Numbered from the stretch's first letter, positions 1 to 13,412 are shown. The stretch: 64,000 bases of DNA from Bigelowiella natans CCMP2755 (GCA_000320545.1 ADNK01000023.1:78160-142159); one strand, 5' to 3'. The notes: generated from the sequence alone by a model not told the origin. Translations and numbers: made by a program.

Positions 1-3000
1 ATGAAGAAATACGACAGTGTGATAATCAGCAACGATGATTTGCTCTCGAGGAAGAACCCGATTATTCTTTCTAAGAAGTTAGAGCTACTGGGCAAGACAG
101 TATTTAGTTTGGGGAAAAAAAATGCTCGTCGAGGAAGCGGAATTTTCGCAATGTACATTCATCCACACAAAAACATAAAGGAACTATTTCTAAAATATGC
201 CCCCTTCTAGGTATTACGTTTTTAGTAAGAATGGAAAATTGATTACGAAAGAAAGTTTCAAAAAGGGTCTGGAGGAAGTATCGTTTCCAATGAGTGATAC
301 AGAGGTGGATGAAGTGTTCAACCAATACGCGATGGAAAATGGGATCAGGTCGCTATGCAGCGTCTGCTGAGCTACAAAGCACGTGCAATCTAATTTCTCC
401 TAAAATTATTGTTATCCAGCTATTCTACATTCGTTCGCATGCTCAGTAAGAAGACAAGGAAATCTCTCAGTTCTAAAAGTCGTGGTTCTAAGAAGTTTGT
501 AGAAAGTGCAAATCCAAACGTCGCGATCGATGGTAATGGCGAGGTTAAGGTACCAGATTCGAGTCTTGATGGTGACATAAAGAAAATATTGCCTCGGCAA
601 AGGTTAGATGAATACGCTTACCAATCAATCATATTGATTGCATTCTGATCGAATAAACGTATTTAAAAGAGGTAGCATATCCTTCGAAGCTACCGCATTT
701 GCAAATCCTGACAGAGAAACAGAAGATATCGGGAAAGTCCTCGACATGTTTGGCAAAACAGTCTCCAGGATAGGTGCAATACATGTTTGTTATTCAACTT
801 AATTGTAACGATACTGCATTGAAGGCGCCAAGCGAAATCGTAGAGGATCAGGGTTCTACATGATGTTTGAGGTATTCAGCAACGGATCAAAATGGATCAC
901 ACCTGAATCGTTCAAGGAGGGTTTGAAGAGCTGTAGAATCCAAATGAGGTATAATGTTTATTTTTTATAAATTGGAACGTGATGGAACTTTACTTCAAAT
1001 CATCGACAGGGATTCCACAGTGGAGAAGATATTTAGAATATATGCGCCTGCCTCATGCAATAGAATAAAGTTCTCCAATTTTGTCCGATTAATCACCCTG
1101 CGTGGATTGAATCAAGAAAAAAAAAGGAACAGGAGCGGCGTTAGCACAACCGGAGAAGCCAGGGTCAGAATAGCATGACTCATCAGATGAGCTTTAGTCA
1201 TTATTTTTTATTTTGTGTGTGATTGTAAAGATCGAAACCAAGGAACTAGAATCAAAGAAAGCTATGACAGATGATGAGAAGGTTCGGTCGACAGAATCAA
1301 ACAATGATGAAAAAGACAGTGTCACATACCGAGACACTAGCAGCGCATCGACAAATATCCAGTCCAAAACGACCGATTCTACGGGCGCTGCACCAATTAC
1401 AAGTCCAGGAAAAATTCGCGACGACACTAAGCTGAAAGGAAGCTACATGGTGGTTGCAGTTTATTCTAAAATTTTTGAATTAAAAAGTACTGATAGCACA
1501 CATTATTTCATGCATCTCGTCTCAGGTTGATATTATGGTACCCAATTCAACGAAAAGAAAAAGTATTCTTCACAAGAGAATCGAGATGTTAAGTAAAACT
1601 ATTTTCCGGTCCGTAGCATCATCTTTGTCTTGTCAGAAATTGTCACTTAAGATAAACCTGTTCATCAGGCTAGGGCAAAAGAATGCACGGCGTGGTAGCG
1701 GTATGTTCGAAATGTATTCTCGGTTCTCGGAACCAGGCAAAAAGGTAACCCGGGAAAGCCTCCAAAAAGGGTTGAAGAGCATCAATTTCAGATTGAGCTA
1801 TGAGGATATCGAAGAAATTTTCGACCGTTATGCAGCAGAAGATGGAATTAGGTCTATGTGATGAATTGAAAATTTTAAACATACGTATAAAAGTTATATG
1901 TACGTTTGTATCGATCAGTTATTCAGCTTTCGTTCGGATGTTGAGTCGCCCCATCAGCGGTGGTGGTCTTGCTCCACGGAAAAGTAGTGAGCAGTTGCTG
2001 CCAGGCCCCCAACTTCTACCTCCTACACCAATATCAACTCCAGCAAAAGGGACATCTGTTCCTGCCACTCCAGCACCTACACCAACAAAAAGCGTGAAAG
2101 CTGAGAGGAAAGTTGCAAGACGATCCATCGTATTTTCTCCTACCGCATTTGATTCGGATAAGCACACGAATGACGGTAAAGTAGACTCTGAAAATTTTCA
2201 CCGATCGCTGCAATTATTCGGGAAAATGGTATATTTATATGGTTCAAAGCGACAGCGTCGAGGTATGTGAAGGCATTATTTTTGCGTCGTCCACTGAAAT
2301 AAAAAAATGCTTTCGTGCAGGTTCTGGATTGTATAACATGTTTGAAATCTTCAGTGACGGGTGCAAGTATATTACGCACGAATCTTTCATCAAAGGGCTA
2401 AAATCTTGCAAGTTTCAAATGAAGTAACAAGATGTACTAAGTTAAACAAACAGTTCTTGGCTGACTATTGCAATCTTTCAGGGAAATAGATGTCCAACTC
2501 ATCTTTGAAAATTATGGAAATGGTGCTGGCCAAATTAAGTACTCAGCATTCGTTCGTATGTTGAGCAACTCCAAATTAAATCGGAAGAATTCAAAAGTAG
2601 CAGACTCTAAAACTACTAGCTTAGGCTTCGACAAATCCTTTGAAAACAGAACTGATAAGTGGGTATTAGTAGCAAAATCAACAAAACGTGGTATCGAAGA
2701 GGAAGGACCTTCCTCCTCAAATTTGAAACACATCGCGGATGATGAACAACTGGATACAATAAATAGTGAGGAGAAGGGTCAGAAAATCGATGAGTACGTT
2801 AAAGACTCTTCCGATGACCATAATCATCCACCACCTGAGCAAACTAAGAAATTGGCGGATTTTGGACAAAATAAAAGTTCACCAGCACAACCAAGAAAAA
2901 GTGATACTGATGCGATCAATTTAAAAAACCAGGAACATAGCGCAATCAGTTCTAACCACGCTGCTGATTCAAAAACTGGAAAGGATCATGAAATGCGTCT

Positions 3001-4530
3001 AGAATCTGATAAGGAAACTAATACACACTTAGAAGCTGGAAAGAGACAAAATGAGGTAAGTATAGACAATAACATAGAGCCATTAGACGAGGATTCATAT
3101 GAGAAAAGCACTGCAGTAATGAATGATCCTCCTCACGAAGAAGTTAAAGATTTGAATGAGATGCAGGGAACACCACCCAGTCAATCTTTCCTTTGTGTGA
3201 ATACGATGTCTCCTGCTTGGAAAGGTGTTACTAAATCTTTCAACTTCACCCCACTTATTCTAACTTCAATAAACGTGATTTTAGAGGTATCAGATGTGGA
3301 AGACGGCAGTTATCATGCTACTGTTCCACAAAATGAATGCAGTGAATCTGGGAAATCAAATATTCCAATCGAAGCTCCTGCTAATGTGGAGCAGCCTAGC
3401 GAAGATGTTGAAGAAAATTATAATTCTAATTGTAAGGGCATGGACAAATTCGAACAGGATACAGGAAAGCCCTATGTAACACGTCAATCTACAGCTTTCA
3501 GTATCGAGGAGCGCCAGTCACAAGCTAGTTTTACCAGCGCGATTTGCGAACTTTTTGCCCCTGAAACCCAAAATCAGCATGCTGTTCTTGGGTCTATTTT
3601 TGATGAAATGGGACACCAAGTCCACAATGACAGGGATGATGATAACAAGGATAAAACATATCAATCGCATCTTGTCAATGAATCTGAAGATAATACTGAT
3701 GAGGTAACTGTAGTAAAGCATCAGAACAGTCACAAAGATACGTCTCCCTTGCAACCGCATTCTGGGCAATCACGCTTAAACCAACAAAGCATAACTTCTC
3801 GCAAGAGTCCCACTGTTTCCATTCAAGAAGCGTTACCACCTTCTGGGAAAAGCCAGATAGTAACGACAAATGAGCCCCAACATATCGAAGTGAAAACCTA
3901 CAACGACCCTCGAGCTTCATCTAGTAACGCTGCCCTAGGCTCTGCAAAAAAGATAGTCTTAGCTTCTGGTTCACGATTAAACGTATCAACGGTCAGATTT
4001 TTATTGCAGCTTTCAAAAGAAACATTCATGACAACACTTATGCGTAACTATCAGGAAGCGCTTGGAAAAAGCAGTGATGAAGAGAACAAGAAACTGTTCT
4101 TGGGTGGAGAAATGACGAGAAGTTTACATAGCGTAAATGACAGCAGGATGAGTCAAAGTCAAAGTCAAAGTCAGGTGGAGGTCATGCTTCAGAGCACCGG
4201 GGGACAAGGGTACATGGTTCCTACAATGGTCATGTCTTTGGATGATCATGAAAACACTATTGAGCCCGCCACGGAGAAGGAGGTATGCAATTGACTTGAA
4301 AATGCTATGGAAGCTATGAAAAGCACAAACACAAATTAAAACGGATATGGTTAAAACAAGATATCGTGATTGTTATATTTCCTCAGCGGCCTCTCCCGAA
4401 GAAGAAAAACTGGCTAGCGGTATCTTGACCTAAGGAGCTAGTTGCTAATCAATCATCTCACCACGATCACAATCTATTTTCTCAGGCAATTTGCTGCTGC
4501 TCATCGGAAAATTATTCAGAGCTGGAATAA
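1..4530 (+). CDS. Multi-exon protein (5' end outside window) with four tandem RRGSG + EF-hand-pair-like modules, a long low-complexity tail and C-terminal KKKNWLAAICCC
   Basis: Manual splicing (e.g. GT-AG introns 153-210 and 349-419) gives repeats such as LGKKNARRGSGIFAMYYVFSKNGKLITKESFKKGLEEVSFPMSDTEVDEVFNQYAMENGISYSTFVRMLS. ORF 2468-4294 is a long exon. The last exon, 4486-4530, reads AICCCSSENYSELE*. Confidence 0.75.
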
Positions 4531-4875
4531 ACTACATACAGATAGACGAGAGCTAATTGTAGTGAAACGTGAGGGGGGTGATTGTGGAGAAATTGTGCGC
4601 AGCCTGATTACGCGCTGTGCTACGATGCACGAAAATTATTCCCAAATTTCTGATGTAACAACGCGTTGGTATCGATTTGTGTTTTGTTGTCAACAAAAAT
4701 CCCCATTTTCACTGGAGAAAGCAAGCTTCCTCATTTGTGTGAAGTGTTTGTACGTGATGGATGTTGATTTTTCTTATTGCAACGCTGCGCGTGTAAATAT
4801 GAAAACGACACTCTTTGGAGAGCTGAGAGATGCTAAGATGGCGCTTCGATGCGCATCTGGCTTGGCCTAGTGGCG

Positions 4876-4878
<3 letters not shown>

Positions 4879-4911
<33 letters not shown>
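4879..4911. repeat. (CA)n microsatellite in convergent intergenic region
   Basis: About 16 perfect CA units. Confidence 0.95.
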
Positions 4912-4913
<2 letters not shown>

Positions 4914-5518
4914 GCTAGAGTGTTGCGTGCCAGTCTAGCAGTGGTCTAGCTAGCTAGCATTTTGCATGAATAGACAACAGTGCAGCTCTCTAGCTCTGGA
5001 GCTTTGGAAGCAACAACGAAGGAACTCGTTGTGGGACGAATGCAGACTCGACTTGCCATCCAATGTTTCGCCGGATCGACAGTGTTCGATGTTCAGCGCG
5101 TGCCACTTCTCTAGCTCTATCGCTGTGCCAGTCTGGCCTTGACTTGCACAAATCACCCGACAGACGTCTCACAAGCATGGCTCATTGTGTATGGACAGAT
5201 TCGAGTGAAAGACAAGCAACAATAGAACATGTACATCATAAAGTTACAATTACGTAGCATAGTAGTGTCCATGATGTTAGCGCGGATTTGCACAGCGTAG
5301 CAGAAGACTTCACTATATTACGCCTCTCTCTAGCTCTGAATGCGGTCATTGCGCCACCACACATGCATCATGATGTGCAGCAGTCTGCAATGCTTGAGAT
5401 CGGAATGGACACCACAGATTACCATCATGAGACGATCAGACATATAGAAAAGTGCAAAGCGAAGTAGTGAACAAGTTACATATCATGATGCCACGTACAC
5501 TTAATCACCCTGTTTTCA

Positions 5519-6787
5519 TCAGAGCTTTGTTTTTAACACTTTCCCCCCGCCTATACTCACGAACAGAAACTTGTTCTCTGAGTCTAAACTTATCCCCTTA
5601 ATGCTTGCACTAGGGCAGGGAATGCTTCGTATGAGTGAACCAGTTGGGCTCAACGCTGCAATTTGACCGAGTACGACTTTAGGCGAGTCAATGCGTCCAA
5701 CGAAGAGCGTGCCATCCTTCCCGAGAGCCAAACAGGAAGGCCCTAGCATTCCAGAAAACTGATAGAAAACTGAAAAATGGAACGCGCCAGCCATTCTAAC
5801 CCCGCGGAGGACACGATTTCGCATCGTCTCTGCAACATATAGTGTATCTCCATCATTAGATACAGCAATTCCTGAGGGATGAGCGAGGCAGTCCTTCAGT
5901 AGCGGTTGCAGCACGTATCGACCAGCCTTCTGATCAGCACTGCCCCCAACAAGGCTGGCCATGAACACGCTTCCTATTGCATTGTCCAGAGCCGTGGTGC
6001 CAATGGGTCCGCTGTCAGTGAAATATATGTTCCCATTGCCATCGATCTGCACACAATTTGGGCCTAACAGTGGCCGCTCCTCGAATTCGTGTATCAGCTT
6101 CACGATGTTCCCCTTTGCTGTGGTTAGCAGGGCCGAATGGCCGAAGTCGCAGATGTAGAAGCGTGAATTTTTGTCTATGCCAATACTATTCGGATGGCCG
6201 CCCGTCCGTAGGAGGAGCTGTGTAGTCGTTCATTACTTCGTTATTCCATGGATTTTAACAGTCATATTTCTCAAGATTCTTCTATGCTATGTTCAGCAAT
6301 GGTGATGATTCATAAGAGGATTCACGAAAGTGTCCTGAGTTCGCTATCTCTACACCTTCGCCTTAATCTCGTCATCGTCCGTCTTTCCCAGATCAAGGAT
6401 CTCCTAAGAGAAAGTAACGTTGGACGCTAACATGAGTCAGCGCATCATGACCCTGAACACCCATTTCCAATCGCCAACCATAACCGCCCGTATGGACTTT
6501 GAAGCCCCCTCCCCCCTCCCCCCCCCTACTCCTTTGTCGGAACAGAGAAACGTGCCTCCCGGCCCTAGGTTTGTTTGAATGGGTGAAAATTGCCCAGTGT
6601 TTCATCTTCAGATGCACATTGTTATTGATGACCGCATCCTCCTCAATAACTGAAAAGCAAAGCCTCATTACTTCGTAGATTATCTTACCCCGTCGTAAAG
6701 TGCGGCGAAGATTTGATTTTCCGACGTGACGAGTACGGAGTTGAGCTCCTGTTCGGAGGACCATACAGTCTGCCACTCCGACGCCAT
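5519..6787 (-). CDS. SMP-30/gluconolactonase/strictosidine synthase-like beta-propeller protein (3 exons)
   Basis: Spliced model: MASEWQTVWSSEQELNSV...YDG | EILDLGK...AK | LLLRTGGHPNSIGIDKNSRFYICDFGH...GPNCVQIDGNGNIYFTDSG...HPSGIAVSNDGDTLYVAET. These are typical SGL-family blade motifs. Confidence 0.85.
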
Positions 6788-7199
6788 GTTCCGCGTTGTG
6801 CTGTTGTTTTAATGGATATTGAGGATGATTAAGTTGTAGTGCAGCGCAAATAAGGGTTGTGAAGTAGATAGCGGATCGCAGAATTAAGAACCATTAAATG
6901 TGTTCATATATGCACACAACCAACACCCTCTCTCTCAATCTACTCATACCCGAAGGCTGAGGAGAAGGAGGAGGAGGAGGAGGAGGAGGAGGAGGAGGAG
7001 GATCTGAGAGATAAGCCGGAATGATATCAAAAATTCGTACCAACCCCGAAACGCACAGGATTTTTGCCCTGCGACAATCCCAGAAACAACAACCATCCTT
7101 GTTTATGATATCCGGACGGTCTCCAGAGACTTTAAATTAAGAAATCCCCGGTACTAACGAGGAGCGGGCTCGCCGATGATCATTTCTCTCAACGAGTAT

Positions 7200-8484
7200 T
7201 GCCGATGATCCTTCGCCTCTGCGCGGCTTGTGTAAGGGGCACAAACTACCTCTCTTTCTCCGCCCCCATTGCGAATATGGTCGCAATCCAAGCTGGGAAG
7301 ACCTCCAATCTGCCATAACCGACGCGTGCATGCTTGAATTGCATGTTTTACTTCCCCCCTCCCTTGATTCGCTCTGACGCAGCGAATCAGGCTCCAGCGT
7401 CTTCTTGCACGGTTTTTTTTTATCAATATGGGTGGCCTGTAGTGGTGAATCTAATGATCTCGATCATAACTGAAGTATTGGGATTGTTATTTGGAGGGAG
7501 AGTGAGGGATTTCTTCTTATAATCGATTCTCGCTTAACATCATAATATTTGGTAAAAAAAGAAGACGATAGGCACCAAGCATTGCGAGGTGGAGCGCGAG
7601 GTATTCTAACGATACTTCCATATATACTCGTCGTGCAACACTAGGATAGCGCTGCTGTTTATTCTGACGAATCCTGAACTTTGTTCAAAATTCCACCAGC
7701 GAGAAGAGCATCTGGACGGCGAGCTTCCTCAGCTCGATCTGGTTGTTGTTTTATCATACATCCCGACCCATTCATGGGGATAGGATGCTAGAAAAATGGG
7801 GGCATTGTACATCATTTCTATAACATGTTACTTTCCTCAGAATCACCTCTCCTCTTTCTTAATAATGGTGTAGGGGCTTCTTTGAGAAGACGTCGACGGA
7901 CGCGCCTCACACGCTCTTCTTCCTCTCAATCAAGGAGAGGAGGAGGGGAAGCACGTTCTCGGACGAGGAGCTCAAGGTGACGTCCAAATCTATATAAATC
8001 CGCTGTAATTCATGAATGAACGATGGAGGTTCGCGCCACCTCTCTTTCCTCTCTTTCCTCTGTGGGTCTCACACACGCTCCAGCATTGTATCATTACATA
8101 TGCACAAGTGTTTGGCTCACGGCCTAAGATTTCCATACCATTAACACTGAATGGGATGTTGCACTATCTATGCAGCACGAGGACGTACTTGGGAGCGCGG
8201 AGAAGGATGCAAAATGTTATACAGAGATTGGAGGTACGAGCACACTCAGTAGCACCCGAATACTAGAAGAATAATTACCTTTTCCAAGGATGAGACTCTC
8301 ATCACCACCACCACCACCACTACTGCTGCTGCTGCTGCTGCTGCTGTCAGGATCAGCTTCAAGGAAACCCCGACCTTGATGACGAGACCATGTATGGTGA
8401 AAATGACGAAGAAGAGGAAGAGGAGGAGGAGGAGGCTTTCAGGTCCATCAATCCACACCAACACAGAATACCGAATACACACAA

Positions 8485-8527
<43 letters not shown>

Positions 8528-8994
8528 TATATTTATATAGCCGCGCGTGGTTGTGTAGGTATGTATTTCATCATGCATGGCTCCTCGTAATCTATCTCAT
8601 CCTCCTCCTTTATCCAGCGAAGTGATGCCAAGCGGTGCTGAAGAAGAAGGAATGGTACAATTACCTCCTAGGGAACCACCACCGCCTTCCTTTCCGACTA
8701 CCCGTGTAGGCCTTCACCCCCCCTCCCGTCTCCGTCGCATTTCTCGTGCAGCCACTCCTGCTACAAGGAGTACCGCTCGGAGGGGGGGGGGGGCAGTGAT
8801 ACAACGACGAAGTCGGCAGCAGCAAACGCGCGTGGTGAGGAGGCAGCAGCCACCGCAGCGAAGGAAAGTACTCGGGTGTGAGAAGGAGACGCTTGAGCGG
8901 CTTCCTACCGCTACTGGTGCTGGTGAAAGATCTGAATATACAATACATAGGCACATACGTTTTTTGTGGTTTATGTAGGTGTATAATACACACG

Positions 8995-9025
<31 letters not shown>

Positions 9026-10088
9026 GAATATATGTGAATATGTGACTATATGTATATAAATTATATCTCCCTTTCTTTCATTTTTAAAAACGAAATGGCT
9101 ACGAGCATATGCCCGAATATCCGTAAACATGGAACAACAACATCCCAACAACGCATAGAATGAAGTACAGGAAAGTTCTGCAAGCAAAATTGAGAGCATG
9201 ACAGTTGTCCACCTCTTGTAGATTGCTCAGCTGTAACTTTCATAAGTACACTCCGAGATTGATCTCTGCTACCGAAAATAAGTTTCTCATTAACTTGCAC
9301 CGTTGCTATTTTGCCTAAATTGGTGTGATTAGGGAGGGGGATCGGTGGGAATGTGGATTGTATGGTGTGTATGATGACGATAAAGGTGACACCATTTTAA
9401 TAATTCGCAATGAAACTAGCAGCTGCAGCAGTCATATTGTTGGTTTGATTTCCAGCAGTCCTACATATAACATGTACATATGCTTGATATGCGTGTTTTC
9501 TCTATGGAGTATATGTAAGCATGGTCTTAATCCTACGTCTGTTGTTTATAATCTTTTTTTGTGTGCGTGCGCGCGCCAAGGGCCGTGAGCTTGCTCGTCT
9601 ACTTCCATGTCTACACAAGGTGATCAGAAGACGATGAGTACAGTAAATAGGCAAAAATAACCATCACATTTAATACAATGACTTGTGAAGTCCAGATTGC
9701 GGCGAAGCGAAACCTGAGTTTTGGTTGCCTGTTCTCAGTTCCATAAGCGTTGTATAGATCGATGGCTCAAGAGCTCCCGGCTTTGCCCAGGTTTGAAATG
9801 AGCGTATCCATTTTCTTCTTTCTGTGCGTCCCGAAGTTCATTTCTCGTGTGCGTGCTATCGGTTGGTGTGTCAGTCTGCAAGATGGACATCCCGAAATCC
9901 ATTCGAGAGCACGACATTCAGGTCAATATCCCTCTAATTTATTCAGAAGTGAAATCTTCTTTTTCACACAAAGCACCCGTCTTTACGAGGAAACATGCGT
10001 TATGATTCTTTGACAGGAAGCTCGTTGGATACTAAGTGCAAACAGGAGCTCCCCTTCTGCTGCTGAGCGTGCAGCAATACCAGTGTGA
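7200..10088 (+). CDS. RING-H2 zinc-finger protein (putative E3 ubiquitin ligase) with an Arg/Pro-rich disordered N-terminal part; 5' boundary uncertain
   Basis: Exons 9581-9619 (GRELARLLPCLHK), 9739-9790 (FHKRCIDRWLKSSRLCP) and 9875 onward (VCKMDI) join into a C-x-H-x2-H-x2-C...CPxC motif. An upstream exon has the typical pre-RING 'TLERLPT'. The exon carrying the first CxxC was not located. Confidence 0.7.
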
Positions 10089-10654
10089 TGTCTGACAAAA
10101 GACAAGTCTGTTCTCGCATTGCGAGCAGCAGTGCGTGAAGTAGCATGTATAGGCTGGATGTCAATGTAAAGAGATTTTAAAGAAGGGACTGCATGCAACG
10201 CTGGTGCGCGCCCCCAAGTCATACAAACGTATGTAGGTAAATCAAAGAAGCCCAGCTAAAGCGAAAAATGTATGTAATATTTATATAATGTGTACTGGCT
10301 TTATTGTTTTCGCGCAACGAATGGAGCTGCATAGCTCTACTCGAGCACTTAATGGTGGAGCATCGCGTGTTAGCGGCAACGGCAAGTGTGAAAGTGTTTG
10401 CCCCTGCTGGCCATGTTATTGCGCTCGATGACATCACAATGCGTTCATGCTAGCATGTTCCACAATGACACCCAACCCTATAGACGTTCTCGATAATGAG
10501 TAGCTCATAGTCGCCATTCCTGCTAACATTGCAATCGTTATCTATGCTGCAATGCTACCGACGCAGCACGGCTAGACAGTTTGTATCAAGCTGCGCATGG
10601 GGTGAGAGTCCTCACAGCGTATTCAACTATCTTTTGCTGATATAATGTATAACA

Positions 10655-11095
10655 CTACATGATCCCTAGGTTACTGCTCTGAAGAATCTCAGCGTTAGAT
10701 ACAAACGAATCTGAGACCACATCGTTCAATTCCTCTTCTTCTGATGTTTCAACCGCAGGACTTGTGTCTTGTAGCAAAACTTGCTGAGGTTCATCCTTTT
10801 CTTTCTCCTCGTTTTTACTTTCAGGTAATTCGGTCTGTAAGCCAGCAGCAACGCACGAGACTTGCGCATGAAACTGTGCGTATCGAACCTCCTCCTATTG
10901 AATCATTTAGTGGTAATTGCTTTATAATTCAACGGATGTACTGGCCAGCTCTCATCATCTCTTTCATCAGCACATATGCATATGTTACCTCCCATGGTGA
11001 AGCAGGTGTTGTCACTACGTTGCAGCATTTTCTGGGACATAAATAGCGATACAAGCATCCGTTTTTAGACCATTGATACGAAGCACAGAGAGGGA

Positions 11096-11145
<50 letters not shown>

Positions 11146-11873
11146 CATTACGTGCAAGAAAAGGTCTGCAGATTTAGTAGCATCGCCAGTTCAGCCACAC
11201 AGATTATCAACAAAACAGCCGAGGTTATAATGAGACACGACGATGTCGATTGGGACGTGGAGGGTTTCTCTGTTTTAACATCAGTGAGTATTGGTCCGCT
11301 AGGAGGCTTGATATTTTGATCTTCAAAGCCCTCTGTCGTCACATCTTCCCCCACCTTATTTTGACCAACCGTTCCGTCAATTTTGGGGGAATTGCTCAGG
11401 CTTGATTTGTTATGATTCGTAGTGAGCTCATTGGAACTTCCCTCGATAAGAGAAGTTATTTTTCCGGTTTTCTTGCTGTCGTTCTTCCCCCTTGTACGCT
11501 CTGCATTCTCAGTCTCTAGCTGGGAATGACCTTGCACAAGGTGTAGAGAGTTATATTTGACAACCTCTGTATCCCTTTTAGTAGCCTTTAACTTTGGAGG
11601 AAAGGTCTCATTGTTGGCGGTTGAAAGAATAGCAGGGGTATGCGCCTCGGCTGTGACGCTTACCGTCTTGTACTGCAACACATAGCTACTCAGAGAAAAC
11701 ACTCTAAAAGATTGTTTTTAGTTTTTCATTCATTTGAAGTGTGTCGGTCTATCCATTTTTCAAGCATAAAGGGTCCATCTTACCTGCTCCTCTTTCATCC
11801 ATCTCGCTTCCACGGTCACAGACACCAAAACAAAGCCGATGACCCCACACATGATGAGGTTGGAGAGATGCAT
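10655..11873 (-). CDS. Type I single-pass membrane protein of unknown function (signal peptide, Ser/Thr/Lys-rich ectodomain, TM helix, acidic tail)
   Basis: N-terminus MHLSNLIMCGVIGFVLVSVTVEA resembles a signal peptide. The large exon in ORF 11148-11702 ends with TM CLIITSAVLLIICVAELAMLL. Two further in-phase exons read KCCNVVTTPASPWE | EEVRYAQF...LGIM*. Confidence 0.6.
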
Positions 11874-11910
11874 GGGATGTGGGCGAGGTAAGGTCAAGAG
11901 GGTGCACAAG

Positions 11911-11969
<59 letters not shown>

Positions 11970-12342
11970 CTCAACAGTTTGTAAATAAGTGCAATAGGGG
12001 GTAGCGGGCACAATCAACGATCATATTCACAACTGATACTACGAGATCCAGATGTACAGGCCTGTAGAACATAACTGATCTATTGCCATGGAAACGGCAT
12101 CCAAAGACGAAACAATCAGGCGAAGAAAAAACACATGGCATTTACCTTCAAAGTCATCCACAAAACCGTGAACTCAAAGCATAAACGCCAGGCGTACAGT
12201 ACCCCCCCATCGGTGAGGTTACGGTAATTCTGCGGACTGAAGTGGGTGTTTTGTGTTCGTTGTCGTAGGCGGAAAATCACAGGCGTTTTGGTAGAAAAGG
12301 CTGGGCCGAATCGACACGTTGACACTGATCGCGTGAACGACG
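11874..12342. promoter_or_regulatory. Putative bidirectional promoter between the membrane-protein gene and KDSR
   Basis: Head-to-head start codons about 470 bp apart. Confidence 0.45.
11917..11965. repeat. (TC)n microsatellite in divergent intergenic/5' region
   Basis: About 24 TC units. Confidence 0.95.
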
Positions 12343-13412
12343 ATGATGCTCCTCGACACCATTGTAGGATGGCTGCCCTTTGCCATTGGGGCCGTCCTGA
12401 TCTACATTCCGTTCCAGATTCACAGATTCTTTCGCATTCGTTCTTTCAAGTCAAAGGGCAAGACAGTGTATCCGATGAACATCGATGTCCCACCCTCACA
12501 CCCAATGCCCCCCTCATCGTTTCCCTTGTCAGGGTGATTACCGGAGGATCTCAGGGGATCGGAAAGTGCATTGCGGAGAAGTTTGTTGCGGACGGAGCAA
12601 ATGTTGTTATCATGGTAAAAGATATTTCAAAAAACTTGGACAAAAGCTGTAGCTGCGACCGACCCACCACACAAGAGAAAATCATTTCAGGCACGCACAG
12701 AGGCAAAGCTGAAGTTGGCTGTGGAAGAATTGAAGACTAAGGCAACGGGTACCACGATAGCATATCATTGTGATAGGGAAGATATACTTGAAAACACGAC
12801 AATACTACTACTCCAGGTGGCGATTCGCAAAAGATAGAGTACCGCAGCGTCGATGTCACAGATGTGAAAGCACTTAAGGAAACGATGGAAGGCCTGAAAC
12901 AGGCAAGTGAAATAAGAAGAAAGAGCAAAAGGAGATCTGTGAATACAATACCTTCCATGTGAAAAAGTATTTCTACCTGGAATCGCGACAAATTGTACTG
13001 CCGTTTGCTTTTTCCAACGCACATAAATTTGGTAATCTCTCCTCCCCCTCCAGATTGACGTTCTCATCATGTCGGCAGGGCAAGCTTTGCCAGGGTGGTC
13101 AATCAACAACAGTATTGATAATTTAACAAATTTGGCGGAATATCTGCATATTCACCTGCTACCGTAGTAATAGTAGCAGTACAAAGGCAGTCGGTGTCTC
13201 GTCAAGCATGAATGCATGCATGGAGTGACGGATAGGCAATATCGGCCAGGACAACACGTGTTTTCCCTTTCACTTATTCTATAGCTCTTCTTCTATTGTA
13301 GTTATTTTCTGGAGCAAGACCTCTCTATCTTCCGGAAGCAGATCGGTAAAAATCCACAAGGGGGGGAGGTAGGGTCAAGAAGCAGCAGCCTTATTGGTGC
13401 ATGTGTACGAGC

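Noticed and set aside
4442-4870. 142-aa ORF downstream of gene 1
   Set aside because: It starts inside an intron, overlaps the terminal exon in another frame and runs through the 3' UTR. No motif.
11148-11150. Stop codon ending the membrane protein at ...FSCT*
   Set aside because: It overlaps a GTAATG donor followed by an (AG/CT)n intron, and two further in-phase exons exist.
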